From: a virus
Strand: one strand, 5' to 3'
Virus record (IMG/VR): IMGVR_UViG_3300027518_000006
Length of the DNA stretch: 64,000 nucleotides
Below the pieces are notes generated by a model. The model was not told the DNA's origin. It saw only the letters and a list, made by a program, of their open reading frames with translations, and did not search any database. Below are positions 17,613-28,307 of the stretch, piece by piece; position 1 is the stretch's first letter; each line of letters begins with the position of its first letter. The translations under genes were made by a program, and so were the position numbers.

Positions 17613-18388
17613 TCAAGATTTTTCCTAGCCTCGATCTTAATGTCCCCAACTGGCTTAGTTTGACACACTTTGAAAAAATCACAACTTTTACATACTTTAT
17701 TTTCAAACTTATTTCTATATGGATTTTCTGGAAGTTGTTTATCATCAAAAGCCTTTTGGACCCTTCTCATCCAATCAAAGAAATAGTTTATAAAGTCCTT
17801 ATACTTTTGATTTAAGTTTACAGGAAAGAACTTTAATTCGTGAGTATTTTTATTTTCATATATCAAAAAGGCAAATGACTTCTTTAATATCTTCATATAG
17901 ATTAATAGTTGTTCTATATTATAGTTTCTTGGTTTAGTAGTTCTATGAAAGGATTCTTCATTAGATGTTTTTATTTCAGTAAGTATTTCCATACCGTCCC
18001 AATTAATAATTGCATCTGTTTTTGCAGATATAATGGGATCTTCATTCTTAATGGATAATTCTTTATGTACTAATATTCCAGCATCTTCCATTGCTTGTTC
18101 GATTCTAGTATGTCTATCAGTACCAGAATCCATATTAGCAACTGAATACCAATCGTTAGTATTTTCTGCTTCGTTTCCCTCAAACCATAAATACCAAAAT
18201 CTTGGACAATGTCCAGCACCATATGTTAATCCAGATGGCGTGAATCCCACTCTTTTTTTAAAGGTCATTCCCTTTTTATGCTCATAGCCATCTTGTATTT
18301 TTTTAATTATTGCCTTGGTATCAATCTTAGTTTCTTCTTTAGAAACCTCTTTAACTGGAACAATCTTTTTCATTAATCTTTTAGTCAC
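17609..18388 (-). CDS. Cas4-like PD-(D/E)xK exonuclease
   Basis: HCPR, KTD...EIKT, QL..YM, CKSCDFFKVC Fe-S cysteines. Confidence 0.85.
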   Translation of the reverse strand: MTKRLMKKIVPVKEVSKEETKIDTKAIIKKIQDGYEHKKGMTFKKRVGFTPSGLTYGAGHCPRFWYLWFEGNEAENTNDWYSVANMDSGTDRHTRIEQAMEDAGILVHKELSIKNEDPIISAKTDAIINWDGMEILTEIKTSNEESFHRTTKPRNYNIEQLLIYMKILKKSFAFLIYENKNTHELKFFPVNLNQKYKDFINYFFDWMRRVQKAFDDKQLPENPYRNKFENKVCKSCDFFKVCQTKPVGDIKIEARKNLE

Positions 18389-18699
18389 TAGGAATTCCTT
18401 ACATTATATTTAAGGGCATCCACTAATTTGTCTACCGCTTCTCTTGCTGTATAGTAAATATTTTTCTTTGCTCTTTCATCTTTTTTTACATGTGAATACC
18501 AAGCGGCAAGCATTGCAAACTTTGCTGAGTATGCTTGTAACTGAGTAATAGACAGTGTTGCTTTTGCTGGGGGTATGTCTGGATTAGCAATTAACTTAGC
18601 AATCATAACTAACGCTTTAGTTAATTCTTCATCTTGCATATACTCTGATATTTCATTAAACTTTGTTACATTATTTAATAGATCTACCGTATTATCCAT
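18388..18699 (-). CDS. Hypothetical protein
   Basis: ORF tiles in recombination module. Confidence 0.6.
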   Translation of the reverse strand: MDNTVDLLNNVTKFNEISEYMQDEELTKALVMIAKLIANPDIPPAKATLSITQLQAYSAKFAMLAAWYSHVKKDERAKKNIYYTAREAVDKLVDALKYNVRNS

Positions 18700-18988
18700 T
18701 ATTCTCTCTTAACTGTTCGAATACTTCCCACTCAATTATAGCAAGTCTAACTTTTTTATTTCCTTCTCCAAGTACAACCATAAGTACTGGATCTTTTTTT
18801 CTATCTACCTGCATTGTGTCTGACACAATCTTTGCCCAAGAGTCTCGGCTAACGGAGTAGGATTTAGAATATTCTTTGACATCTACAACGAAGTCATCCA
18901 ACGATCCGTCAGCCTTGACTGGTCCCCTGCCTGAATTAATGTGTGGCTTGGCACCAATGCGTTTTAGTTCTCCACGCTCACTCATCAA
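18692..18988 (-). CDS. Small PD-(D/E)xK nuclease/resolvase-like protein
   Basis: SGRG..KADG...DFVVDVKE. Confidence 0.55.
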   Translation of the reverse strand: MMSERGELKRIGAKPHINSGRGPVKADGSLDDFVVDVKEYSKSYSVSRDSWAKIVSDTMQVDRKKDPVLMVVLGEGNKKVRLAIIEWEVFEQLRENNG

Positions 18989-19155
18989 TATCCCCTTACA
19001 TTAAAATTAACTTTAGATAAATGCTTGTTAGCACACATCCAAGTCAAGTCTTGATTTTCTTTATACATTCTTGCTGTCTGTACTGTTTCTTTACATGTTT
19101 GACAAATAAATTTGCCATTATATAAAGTATATTTAGGAGTTAAGTTTTGATTCAA
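18985..19155 (-). CDS. 56-aa zinc-binding protein (not in ORF track)
   Basis: TTG start; FICQTC ... WMCANKH fills the gap after recA. Confidence 0.55.
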   Translation of the reverse strand: MNQNLTPKYTLYNGKFICQTCKETVQTARMYKENQDLTWMCANKHLSKVNFNVRGY

Positions 19156-20167
19156 GTTCTTTTAACTTATCTGGGTTTTGTTTTAAGTATTCAATTACTT
19201 TTGCTCTACCTTGAAGTCTTTCTTCAAATACTGTATACCATGCTCCACCTTTTTCAATAACTCCAACCAATTCTGCTGTATCTACTAAGTCGGCAACTTT
19301 ATCAATACCAACTTCTTCAGAGTCAAAATAAAAATCATAAGATCCACTAATAAATGCTGGACCAGTCTTATTAAAATCTACATGCCAATTTACAATGCGG
19401 CCAATTTTAGATTCAATTAACTTATCTCCAACAGCAATCTTACCTTTAATTGCTTGATTTTCTGATTCACTTGACCATAGTTTAATTACAGTGCTTGAGA
19501 AGAACTTGACTGCTTGTCCACCTGTAGGCATGTGAGAAGCATACATTGCACCAATGTTATTTCTTTGTTGTGATATCAATACCAATAGTGTTTTGGCTTC
19601 TTGGTTATTAGCGTAGTTAAGCATCTTAACTGCATTAGTCATATCTTTAGCCTCTGCACCTATCTGTTTAGTATTTTCTAGTTGTTTTAATTCTGCTGAA
19701 TCTTTTTCAAAATAAATAGCAGGTAGTAATGCAGATATAGAATCAACAATTAGTATATCTACTTTTGCTTTCATTAGTTGAGTAGCGACATCAACCATAT
19801 CATTAATAGTTCTTGCTTCAGAGTAAATTAATTTATCTGTATCTACCCCAAGTTTTTGTGCCCAAATAGGATCAAAAGATTGTTCAGCATCTATCCACGC
19901 ACATAACTTTCCCTCTTTTTGTGCTTCTCCAATCATCTGTAAACAAAATGATGATTTACCAGCAGACTTGTTGCCCCAAACTAAAACTTGTCTTCCGTAT
20001 GCAAAGCCACCTCTAAGTGCGTTATTTAAACTAGGACTTGGAGTTTTTTGTTTTGTAATTTCTACATCAGTAGCATTACTTAATCTTTTTCTTAGACTTG
20101 GTTCTAGTTGTGAAAGAAACTCTTCTGTTGATATTCCTTGTATTTTATTATCCATCTTATTAACCAT
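19133..20167 (-). CDS. recA: RecA-like recombinase
   Basis: GNKSAGKS P-loop, WIDAEQS, IVDSIS, GG.AVKFFSS, GAWY. Confidence 0.93.
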   Translation of the reverse strand: MVNKMDNKIQGISTEEFLSQLEPSLRKRLSNATDVEITKQKTPSPSLNNALRGGFAYGRQVLVWGNKSAGKSSFCLQMIGEAQKEGKLCAWIDAEQSFDPIWAQKLGVDTDKLIYSEARTINDMVDVATQLMKAKVDILIVDSISALLPAIYFEKDSAELKQLENTKQIGAEAKDMTNAVKMLNYANNQEAKTLLVLISQQRNNIGAMYASHMPTGGQAVKFFSSTVIKLWSSESENQAIKGKIAVGDKLIESKIGRIVNWHVDFNKTGPAFISGSYDFYFDSEEVGIDKVADLVDTAELVGVIEKGGAWYTVFEERLQGRAKVIEYLKQNPDKLKELESKLNS

Positions 20168-23100
20168 TTACTACCTCTCTGAGTATTTCTGTTCCATCTT
20201 TTGTTACTTCAAAAGTCATTTTCTTTGCCTTACCTGGCTCGCACTTCATAAATCCCTCTGAAAATTTAGTTGGGAATATTACAATAGGTTTCATATCTCT
20301 ACTTGCATCGGCAACAATCATGTTAGCCATCTTCTTTCCTGTTTTTGTTGTTCTAGGTTTAAATGATAGCACATAATACTCATCATTTCCATAGGGTAAA
20401 GTTTTATAATTTAAAAACTTAATTAATGGATTATTTAAAGAATCTTTTATATCTTCTACTGGAACTGCTTCCATAATTCTGTTACTTGCTACCGCCATAA
20501 CATATGTCTTACCTGGCTCTATCTTGGTCTCTTCATCATCAAATATTCCAACCATGCCAGTAGAATCCATTAACTCAACACGAGACCATCCTTTGCCGCG
20601 TTTAATGTTTTTAATTACACCCATAAGAATAAACACTCCAGTTTCTTCAAAGTCTTCAACATCATCTATATAGGCATAATAATGTTGAGGAACACTTGTT
20701 TTAAATTCTGGTAAATTTAAATACTCATAAAGGTTTTCTTTTACTGTTACATCATTTCTAGGATTATCGGGAAAAGTTAAGGCACCAACAGCATCTAATG
20801 CAGAAAGCGCTCTTGAGTTTACCCCACTACCTTTTTTGAAAACAAAATCATAAAACTCTTGATATGTTTTAAATGGTCTTTTATTTATAATCTTAGAAGC
20901 AATTCCATCAGAGATCCATTTAATAGCAGATAGCCCTATTCTTATTCCTTTACCCTCGATCTTAAAATCACTATCAGATTCATTTATGTGAGGAAGTTTA
21001 AGTGCTATACCCATACGCTTTGCTTCAATAAGATATTCTGTTCTAGCATCTTTATCTTGTTCATTCTTTAACAATGAATAGATGAATTCAATAGGATAGT
21101 AATACTTTAACCATGCTGTCCAGTATGAAAGCATAGAGTAAGCAACTGCGTGTGACTTATTAAATGAGTACCCTGCGTGAGCCTCAAAATCGTGCCATAG
21201 GCCTTCTGCTTTGAACTGGGTAATATGTTTTGATGCACCAATAACAAACCTCTCTTTAAACACGTCAAATTCTTTTGCATCTTTTTTCTTACCAATAATT
21301 TTACGAACCTTATCTGACTCTGCCATACTCATTCCGCCAAGATAAACACAGGCTTGCATCACCTGTTCTTGATACAGAACGCATCCATAAGTATCTTTTG
21401 TAAACTGTTGCATAATGGGATGAATATATTCCGTGATTGCTCTTCCATGTTTTCTTGCTAAGTAAGTTTTACCAATTGTATTCATAGCGCCAGGTCTTAC
21501 TAATGCATTTGATGCAGCAAGTTCATCTAAGTTGCTAACACCCATCTTTACCAACAAGTTTGTATAAGGTGCTGCCTCACATTGAAACACTCCCTTAGTT
21601 CTTCCATCTGAAAGCATTTCGTAAACCTTTTTATCATTAAGATCTATTTCTTTTAACTTAATATCTATCTTATGTCTTTCTTTAATAATTTTTATTGTGT
21701 CATCAATAACTGTTAAAGTTTTTAGTCCAAGAACATCTAGTTTAATAAGTCCAATATCTGCTGCTTCGTTCATGTCCACGGCAACTACTGGAATTCTTTC
21801 CTTAGTTCCTGGAGCAGTACGAGTTTCCATTGGTGCATATTTAAAAATAGGTTCTTTAGAAGTTACTACTCCAGCAGCGTGAATTCCTGTACCACGAATG
21901 CGACCACGAAGTTGCTCTCCGTACTTTACTACATCTGGATATTTTAATCTAAACCATTGAGCAGTTTTACTTGATGTAAAGTCGTCCCAATCATCTACTG
22001 TTTTTAAAACCTTGTTTACTTCTGACAAAGGTATATTAAATGCTCTTGATACATCTCTAACAATACCCTTTCCTCTAAACTCTAAGAAGGTAGCAATAGA
22101 AGCAACGTTTTCATACTCTTGTTCTAAGTATGTTTTTAACTCGTCACGTCTTGAATCTGCAATGTCTGAATCAATATCTGGAAAGTCATTACGGTCTGGG
22201 TTTACGAATCTAAAAAATAGAAGTCCATATTTAATTGGATCAACATCAGTTATTCCTAAAGCATAACAAACTAGTGATCCAGCGGCAGATCCTCTACCAG
22301 GACCTACCAATATGCCTTGCTCCTTAGCCCAATTTAACATATTACTTACAATCAAAAAGTATGGAGAAAAGTTTTTATCTCTAATAATATCTAGTTCTTC
22401 TTGCATTCTTTCTTTATATTCTGGAATATCATATAATTCTTTTTCTACCATGCCCTTTAAAACTAAATCAACAAGTCCTTGATGAGGATCATCTGTTTTT
22501 GTGGGTAGCAAATCTAATCCTGATTTAATATCATAATCTTCTATCTTATCTACTATGTCTAAAGTATTAGTATATATATCTTCTCTAGTTATACCCTGCA
22601 TATTCATGGCTTGTTTCATTTCTTCATATGATAATAAATGTATATCAAATGTTCTAAATGACATTTGACGATCTTCACCATATAGGTAATCGAGTTTCTT
22701 CATAGGGTCACTTATCTTTTGTGACTTTTCAAACTTAGCGTCTTTATCTAACTTGGCATGTGTGTTTAAAAGAAGCATAATTTCTTGAACTACCTTTTGG
22801 TCAGGGTGTGAATGGTGGCAATCTGGAGTAACAATTACCTTTATGTCCATGCTATCTGCTAGACTTAGAAGTTCATGATTCATCTCACGACTATTGTGTG
22901 GCATTATCTCCACATAAAAATCATCACCGAAGGTGTTCTTAAACCAAGTCAAGTGCTTTTTGGCAACAGCATATTCATTAAACTCAAGAGCCTTATTGAT
23001 CATGCCACTAGGGCAAGCGGTAGAAACAATTAACCCCTCTTTATACTTTTCTAGTATTTCAAAATCTATTCTAGGTTTTCTGTAAAATCCTTCTGTCCAT

Positions 23101-23441
23101 GCTAATTCATTTAATTTATTTAAATTTTCTAAACCCTTTTGATTCTTTGCAAGAATAACTATATGATTATAAACTAAATCTAAAGGATCTCCTGTTCTTT
23201 CTAACTTATCTCTTTTATCAAATCTATCTAATGTTATATATCCTTCTATACCAAGGATTGGTTTTATACCCTGCTCTTTTGCAGCACGATACATTGGACG
23301 ATGTCCAGATAGTGCACCGTGATCTGTAATTGCAATAGCGGGCATACCCAAAGACTTTGCACGTTTACAATATTCTTCTGGTGTCGCTACTCCGTCCATA
23401 AGTGAATAATGAGTATGAACGTGAAGAGGTGCGTAATTCAA
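20160..23441 (-). CDS. dnaE: DNA polymerase III alpha subunit
   Basis: PHP domain HVHTHYSLMDG, GRGSAAGS, PDIDSD, HAAGVV, KLDVLGL, FNKSHA. Confidence 0.97.
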   Translation of the reverse strand: MNYAPLHVHTHYSLMDGVATPEEYCKRAKSLGMPAIAITDHGALSGHRPMYRAAKEQGIKPILGIEGYITLDRFDKRDKLERTGDPLDLVYNHIVILAKNQKGLENLNKLNELAWTEGFYRKPRIDFEILEKYKEGLIVSTACPSGMINKALEFNEYAVAKKHLTWFKNTFGDDFYVEIMPHNSREMNHELLSLADSMDIKVIVTPDCHHSHPDQKVVQEIMLLLNTHAKLDKDAKFEKSQKISDPMKKLDYLYGEDRQMSFRTFDIHLLSYEEMKQAMNMQGITREDIYTNTLDIVDKIEDYDIKSGLDLLPTKTDDPHQGLVDLVLKGMVEKELYDIPEYKERMQEELDIIRDKNFSPYFLIVSNMLNWAKEQGILVGPGRGSAAGSLVCYALGITDVDPIKYGLLFFRFVNPDRNDFPDIDSDIADSRRDELKTYLEQEYENVASIATFLEFRGKGIVRDVSRAFNIPLSEVNKVLKTVDDWDDFTSSKTAQWFRLKYPDVVKYGEQLRGRIRGTGIHAAGVVTSKEPIFKYAPMETRTAPGTKERIPVVAVDMNEAADIGLIKLDVLGLKTLTVIDDTIKIIKERHKIDIKLKEIDLNDKKVYEMLSDGRTKGVFQCEAAPYTNLLVKMGVSNLDELAASNALVRPGAMNTIGKTYLARKHGRAITEYIHPIMQQFTKDTYGCVLYQEQVMQACVYLGGMSMAESDKVRKIIGKKKDAKEFDVFKERFVIGASKHITQFKAEGLWHDFEAHAGYSFNKSHAVAYSMLSYWTAWLKYYYPIEFIYSLLKNEQDKDARTEYLIEAKRMGIALKLPHINESDSDFKIEGKGIRIGLSAIKWISDGIASKIINKRPFKTYQEFYDFVFKKGSGVNSRALSALDAVGALTFPDNPRNDVTVKENLYEYLNLPEFKTSVPQHYYAYIDDVEDFEETGVFILMGVIKNIKRGKGWSRVELMDSTGMVGIFDDEETKIEPGKTYVMAVASNRIMEAVPVEDIKDSLNNPLIKFLNYKTLPYGNDEYYVLSFKPRTTKTGKKMANMIVADASRDMKPIVIFPTKFSEGFMKCEPGKAKKMTFEVTKDGTEILREVVNG

Positions 23442-23459
23442 ATTTAATCCTTAATGTGA

Positions 23460-23483
23460 TGGGGGAGATATTTCGCTCCCCCA
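23460..23483 (-). terminator. Hairpin between ssb-like gene and dnaE
   Basis: TGGGGGAG...CTCCCCCA stem; no strong U-tract. Confidence 0.5.
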
Positions 23484-23489
23484 AATTGT

Positions 23490-24140
23490 TTACCAGTCAA
23501 CAGATGTTGAGGTTGCTTGGTTACTAAAACCAATGTAAAAATTTTCTTGATCTGCATAAGGTACTTCTCTAACAACCTTTTCTAAGTTAGGGTATTCATA
23601 AGTACCCCAATTAAATGGATCTGAGTCTTGCTTTTGTGGAAGCAATACGTAGTTAGTTTCTGTTCCCTTGCCATTACGTTTTAATTTCCAAGTCATATTT
23701 GAAATACTTGGAGAATCTGACGCGTATTCTCTAATTGTGTTGAAAGTAGCAGCCTTGCTTACTCCCATGCTCCATACTGCAACATGTGGTGCATCAATTC
23801 CGTTATCAACTAATACGTTGCAATAGAATCTTAAACGTGCTCTCCATCCACTCTTTGGATCTTTTCTAAACATTTCACAACCAAAGCAACGACCTTGTGT
23901 GTCTGTTGTACAAACAGACTTACGCTTATAGTCATCTGGGTTTGAGTGTTCACTTACAACAATTGCAAGACCACGCTTTTCGTCATACGTTGGTGAGTCT
24001 GCATCTAATTCACTAATGAATCTTATTTGGGTACTTTGACCATCATCTAATTTTAGCCAACTTACCTTTTCTCCTGAAACATTTGATTTTGGCTTATCAA
24101 TAATTGCTTCAATGTTTTTTAGACCTTTTATAATTGACAT
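23490..24140 (-). CDS. Phage-type ssDNA-binding protein (gp32-like)
   Basis: WLKLDDGQS..IRF, C..D....C.GC, aromatic C-terminus VDW; sits in replisome cluster. Confidence 0.65.
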   Translation of the reverse strand: MSIIKGLKNIEAIIDKPKSNVSGEKVSWLKLDDGQSTQIRFISELDADSPTYDEKRGLAIVVSEHSNPDDYKRKSVCTTDTQGRCFGCEMFRKDPKSGWRARLRFYCNVLVDNGIDAPHVAVWSMGVSKAATFNTIREYASDSPSISNMTWKLKRNGKGTETNYVLLPQKQDSDPFNWGTYEYPNLEKVVREVPYADQENFYIGFSNQATSTSVDW

Positions 24141-24183
24141 ACTTTTTTCTCCTTAATGTTTGCTCTGTAAATGAGCCTTGTAT

Positions 24184-25137
24184 CTATTTTAGCATAGAGG
24201 ATAGCATGTCGTCAAATCTATCTACAAAGTTTTTTAAGTCTTCATTAGACAAATCGGACACATCCTTTATACCCTCTGGAAGTGGTGGAGCCATACAACC
24301 TGTTCCAAAATATGCAATCATTTTCTTTGACATATTTTGACCAGCCTCATCGTTATCTCCTAAAACTATAACTTGATTAAAGTATTGCTTTAGAAGTTTT
24401 CTTTGTTCTTTTGAAATAGTAGCACCCAAGGTTGCAACAGCATGAACACCCACCTGCTCTAGCCTTATTGCATCAAAGGATGATTCTACAACAAAAACTT
24501 TGTCATATCTCTTTGCTCTTTGTAAATTAAATAAAGTTTTGCTTTTAGGTAAGCCAGGTGTGTTTTTAAATACCTTGCCTTCTGTTGATCTGCCAACAAA
24601 TCCTAAGCACATGCCATCTGGTGAATAAACTGGAATGGTTACCATGTCCTGTTTTTCGGAGTATCCAAGTTTATACTTAACTACACTATCTTTATCTATC
24701 TTTCTATCCTGATAATACTTAATAGCCTTTGGATTTGTAAATACACTTTGATGTAATCTTTCTATCACTTCTAGGTCATACTCTTTAAATTCTACTTTTT
24801 TATCTAATGTTTCTTGTAATACTTCTACTAAATTTCTATCATCTGATTTAGAGTCAATAAGTCTTGCTGCTTCAAAGTATGATCTGCCAGAGGCTTGCAT
24901 AATAACTTCTGTAAGTTCTTTTGTTTCTTGACAAGCAAAGCAGTAAAACATTCCATTTGTTTTGTGTATTTCTGCAGCAGGTGTTCTTGAGTTATTATGA
25001 AATGGGCAGTAAATAATAAAATCTATATCTACTTCTGATACTATGTCTATGCCAGAGGCTAAAAGACTTCTTCTGATTTGGTTTTCTGAGTAGTAAGAGA
25101 TTGAACGATTGTGTTCTTGTCTATTCCTAGTATACAT
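24184..25137 (-). CDS. DNA primase (CHC2 zinc finger + Toprim)
   Basis: CPFH...TP, FYCFAC, VVESSFDA, GDNDEAG. Confidence 0.9.
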   Translation of the reverse strand: MYTRNRQEHNRSISYYSENQIRRSLLASGIDIVSEVDIDFIIYCPFHNNSRTPAAEIHKTNGMFYCFACQETKELTEVIMQASGRSYFEAARLIDSKSDDRNLVEVLQETLDKKVEFKEYDLEVIERLHQSVFTNPKAIKYYQDRKIDKDSVVKYKLGYSEKQDMVTIPVYSPDGMCLGFVGRSTEGKVFKNTPGLPKSKTLFNLQRAKRYDKVFVVESSFDAIRLEQVGVHAVATLGATISKEQRKLLKQYFNQVIVLGDNDEAGQNMSKKMIAYFGTGCMAPPLPEGIKDVSDLSNEDLKNFVDRFDDMLSSMLK

Positions 25138-25373
25138 TTTGCTTTACCTTTTCCAACATGCACTCCGTAAACCGATAATTTAAAATCAAATGTCTTACCA
25201 TTATAACTTATAGTAAAGTCTGTGTCAATGTCGTATCTAGGAACGTAACCTTGATTTCTCATTCCATTAACGACCATAAAAATATATTGATCTTTTAATC
25301 TTGAGATATGAGAGTCGTCAAAGATCTCACCCTCTAGGGAAAACTTCTCTATTCTTTTGTGGCTGTAAGTCAT
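25059..25373 (-). CDS. Hypothetical protein
   Basis: Between dnaB and primase. Confidence 0.55.
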   Translation of the reverse strand: MTYSHKRIEKFSLEGEIFDDSHISRLKDQYIFMVVNGMRNQGYVPRYDIDTDFTISYNGKTFDFKLSVYGVHVGKGKAKCILGIDKNTIVQSLTTQKTKSEEVF

Positions 25374-25393
25374 ACTTAAATTATATCTTGTAT

Positions 25394-26635
25394 TTAAGCA
25401 ATTCCCTCAGTATCCTTATACATAAACCTTCCAGAGTCAAAATCTATATCTATCATAAATTCTCCACAAAATCCATGACGGTTTTTTCTAAAGACACACT
25501 CTAAAATACTACTTCCCTGTGCACGACCTAATGCCAATACCCAATCTGCATCATAAGCCAATTGTCTTGACCATGCTACCTGTCCAAGTGATGGAACGGT
25601 ATACATGTCAGTTGCATCATCTGGTGTTGCTGATGCAATTGCTACAATAGGAACTTGTTCAGATATAGCAAGGATCTTTAATTCTCTAGATATATTTTTA
25701 ATCTTTACTACTTCATTATCAGTATAGTTATTTGATTGCATTAATTGAATATAGTCAACAAATACTATGTCTGGTTTATATTGATCTATCTTACCCCGCA
25801 AAATTGATGGAGACACTTCTCCTAGTCCATCATTAGAAACTATATGAAAAGACGGCATTCTTTCTAAGTGAGTCTTACCCCAATTCTTAAATGACTCTGT
25901 ATCGATAATTCCAGAACTTAGTTTTCTGTGTGACCACATTCCTTGCCCCATAATTGTATATGCACGATTACGAACTTCTGACTCTGTCATTTCTAAAGAA
26001 ACGAAAAGTGGTTTTCTTCCATTCTTCCATGCTTGAACAGCCACAAAAAGTGCGAGCCAAGACTTACCAATAGCAGGATAAGCAAGAAGAATACCAAACT
26101 GACCAGCAGTAATACCCGCAGGAAGATAGTTGTCAAAACCTGCAAGACCTGTTTGAATACCGTGAATGCCTTGATCATGCATCTCCTTTACGTGTTCATA
26201 GTATGCTACAGCATCGTCTATATCTACAGCATCAATATCTCTAATCTCTGCAGTAATTCTTTTTAGATCAGCAGTCTTAGAAATAATACTGTTTAGTGCT
26301 TCTACTGGTTGATTTAATTTTAATTTACTTGCTGTATCCATAAGAACATTGCTTAAACTACTTTGTAAATGTTCTGTTCTTAATTCTTCTAAATGATGTT
26401 TTGTTCCACCAATTTCTCCAACTGGATCAAAGTCTCTAAATTTTTCTATTACTAAATTAATTGGTGGTACTGAACTATTTTGTTCTTGATATGTTCTAAT
26501 AAAATCCCATACATCTTTATGAGTCTTAAATAAAGAATCTGGATTCGCTTGTAATAATATATGTATTTGTTTATCTTTTAATACAGCAGATAATACTTTA
26601 CCCTCTAGATCTGCTGACATTATTTGTTTAACCAA
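25394..26635 (-). CDS. dnaB: DnaB-like replicative helicase
   Basis: AYPAIGKS, SLEM, VFVDYIQL, SRELK.LA, KNRHG. Confidence 0.93.
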   Translation of the reverse strand: MVKQIMSADLEGKVLSAVLKDKQIHILLQANPDSLFKTHKDVWDFIRTYQEQNSSVPPINLVIEKFRDFDPVGEIGGTKHHLEELRTEHLQSSLSNVLMDTASKLKLNQPVEALNSIISKTADLKRITAEIRDIDAVDIDDAVAYYEHVKEMHDQGIHGIQTGLAGFDNYLPAGITAGQFGILLAYPAIGKSWLALFVAVQAWKNGRKPLFVSLEMTESEVRNRAYTIMGQGMWSHRKLSSGIIDTESFKNWGKTHLERMPSFHIVSNDGLGEVSPSILRGKIDQYKPDIVFVDYIQLMQSNNYTDNEVVKIKNISRELKILAISEQVPIVAIASATPDDATDMYTVPSLGQVAWSRQLAYDADWVLALGRAQGSSILECVFRKNRHGFCGEFMIDIDFDSGRFMYKDTEGIA

Positions 26636-26925
26636 TCTTTTGCTTGTTGTTTCATTAAGCCTCTAATTCTATCATCTTCTTTTTTACCTTGCAAGTTTTT
26701 ATAAAGTTTGTCTGCATTATTTGCAAACCATTTCCAAGAAGGGGTTTCACATATTCTAAAATAATAATCTAATAATTCATAACACATATCTAAACCATAA
26801 GATTCTATCAAAGAATCTGCAGCCCACTGTTCTACATGAATATTAATATTAATATCAATACTATTAGAAATAGCCAGTTTTTTATATCTCGTAAGTAATG
26901 CATGACGTAATTGCTTTTCTGCCAC
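26620..26925 (-). CDS. Hypothetical protein
   Basis: Upstream of dnaB. Confidence 0.55.
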   Translation of the reverse strand: MAEKQLRHALLTRYKKLAISNSIDININIHVEQWAADSLIESYGLDMCYELLDYYFRICETPSWKWFANNADKLYKNLQGKKEDDRIRGLMKQQAKDWLNK

Positions 26926-27149
26926 TACTCTATTTCTTTCTTGGCTTCCTCAATTTTAGCAACAACCTTTGATTCAATAAACTCATATATTCTTTCCATT
27001 GCTGCATCTTTGTCTTCGCCTTCTCGAACAAAATCTGTACATCCTAGATCTAGTCTAAGACTTTGAAAATTGCCTAAATTTAATGTATACCCTAGTGTTA
27101 CGGATACTGTTGTTTTGTCAGACATAATTACCACGTTTCTTCTGCCCAA
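26925..27149 (-). CDS. Hypothetical protein
   Basis: TLNLGNFQSLRLD conserved-looking core. Confidence 0.6.
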   Translation of the reverse strand: MGRRNVVIMSDKTTVSVTLGYTLNLGNFQSLRLDLGCTDFVREGEDKDAAMERIYEFIESKVVAKIEEAKKEIE

Positions 27150-27673
27150 ACAGGGATATATTCCCCATCCTTAGTTCTTGTATATAACATAATAGCATCT
27201 CCAATCAAAGAACGCAACTCTTTTTCAGTAGGAATATTTTTTGATGCATTAACCCTACCGTCTTTTCTTGGTCTACCTATACTTATTGTAGCAATAGTTG
27301 ACCTAATTGTAAATAGGTCCTCTTCTGAGTAATAAGCATATTCTCCAAATATTCTTTTACCCCCAGCAACTGCCCCAGTTGGTGGATCTACTAACCCTTT
27401 TGTAATCCATCTTTCTAGTTGTATTCTAGATCTTCCAAATATTTTTATAGTATTTTTAACTGTATATGCTCTTTTTCTATGTTTTTTAAAGTCTGAATAT
27501 AATAGGGTTTGCTCTTTATCTTTTATAAAATTATAAATTTCACATATATCATTGGCACGATTAAAATGAATTAATCTTACTAGTTCTTTATTAAAAAAGA
27601 ATATTCTAGAACTTGGTTTTATAGATTGCTTCCAAGTATCTTGGCTCTGGTCTTTTCTGCTTTCATTATCCAC
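27128..27673 (-). CDS. Putative DNA-binding protein (MerR-like HTH)
   Basis: YTVKNTIKIFGRSRIQLERWI, YYSEEDL. Confidence 0.55.
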   Translation of the reverse strand: MDNESRKDQSQDTWKQSIKPSSRIFFFNKELVRLIHFNRANDICEIYNFIKDKEQTLLYSDFKKHRKRAYTVKNTIKIFGRSRIQLERWITKGLVDPPTGAVAGGKRIFGEYAYYSEEDLFTIRSTIATISIGRPRKDGRVNASKNIPTEKELRSLIGDAIMLYTRTKDGEYIPVWAEETW

Positions 27674-27837
27674 TGGGCAACTTCTCCGTGTCTATCTGGA
27701 TGGTTATACATTTCTCTTTTCCCACAAACTAAGCAATATAGTTCTAAGTGATCGTAGGAAGAAAAAACTCTATCTACTAACATTCTTCCTTCACACTTGC
27801 TGCACTCAATGTGCGTATTGTTAATTATTTTTGCCAT
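27619..27837 (-). CDS. Zinc-ribbon protein
   Basis: CSKCEGRMLVDR...YCLVCG. Confidence 0.65.
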   Translation of the reverse strand: MAKIINNTHIECSKCEGRMLVDRVFSSYDHLELYCLVCGKREMYNHPDRHGEVAQWIMKAEKTRAKILGSNL

Positions 27838-27859
27838 AGTTGAAAAAGTATATCATATC

Positions 27860-28282
27860 TTAAGGCGCTATGCCGATTGCTATTACACTTACTGACAAAT
27901 TTACAGCACCAGAGGTATTAAATCTTACTACCCCTTCTGCTCTGGATGTTCCAACATTTCTTAATGTACATATTACATCGTCTCCAGTAGTAGAGCCAGT
28001 ATTGTTTATAATTGTTGCTGTTACAACTGGGGTAAACTTAAACTCTGGGTATGTAAAGAAAAATGACTCAGTTGTATTTCCTGATGCGTTTGTTGTACTT
28101 AAAGTTTTAGTTGCTGAAAACATCTTTAAATTACTGGTAGTATCTGTGTTTTCATTAACCTTTGATGTAGAGGTAGCCCTAATAGCAATTGTGTTAGCAA
28201 TTGAATTAATCTGACTTACCATATCATAGATATAGTTTACGTCTAGTGGTTGCCCACGTTCTGGTAAGGGTATGGCTGCCAT
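27860..28282 (-). CDS. Small tail-associated protein
   Basis: Beta-rich, ends SVIAIG; follows tail spike. Confidence 0.5.
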   Translation of the reverse strand: MAAIPLPERGQPLDVNYIYDMVSQINSIANTIAIRATSTSKVNENTDTTSNLKMFSATKTLSTTNASGNTTESFFFTYPEFKFTPVVTATIINNTGSTTGDDVICTLRNVGTSRAEGVVRFNTSGAVNLSVSVIAIGIAP

Positions 28283-28307
28283 TTTATCTCCTAGTTAATT
28301 ATATCAG

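Noticed and set aside
17609-18388. Cas4-like gene suggesting a CRISPR system
   Set aside because: No array or other cas genes; solo Cas4-like exonucleases are common in phage recombination modules
20160-23441. Inteins or introns in dnaE, dnaB, recA, terL, nrdJ
   Set aside because: Lengths are normal, with no C..HN splice motifs or interrupted frames
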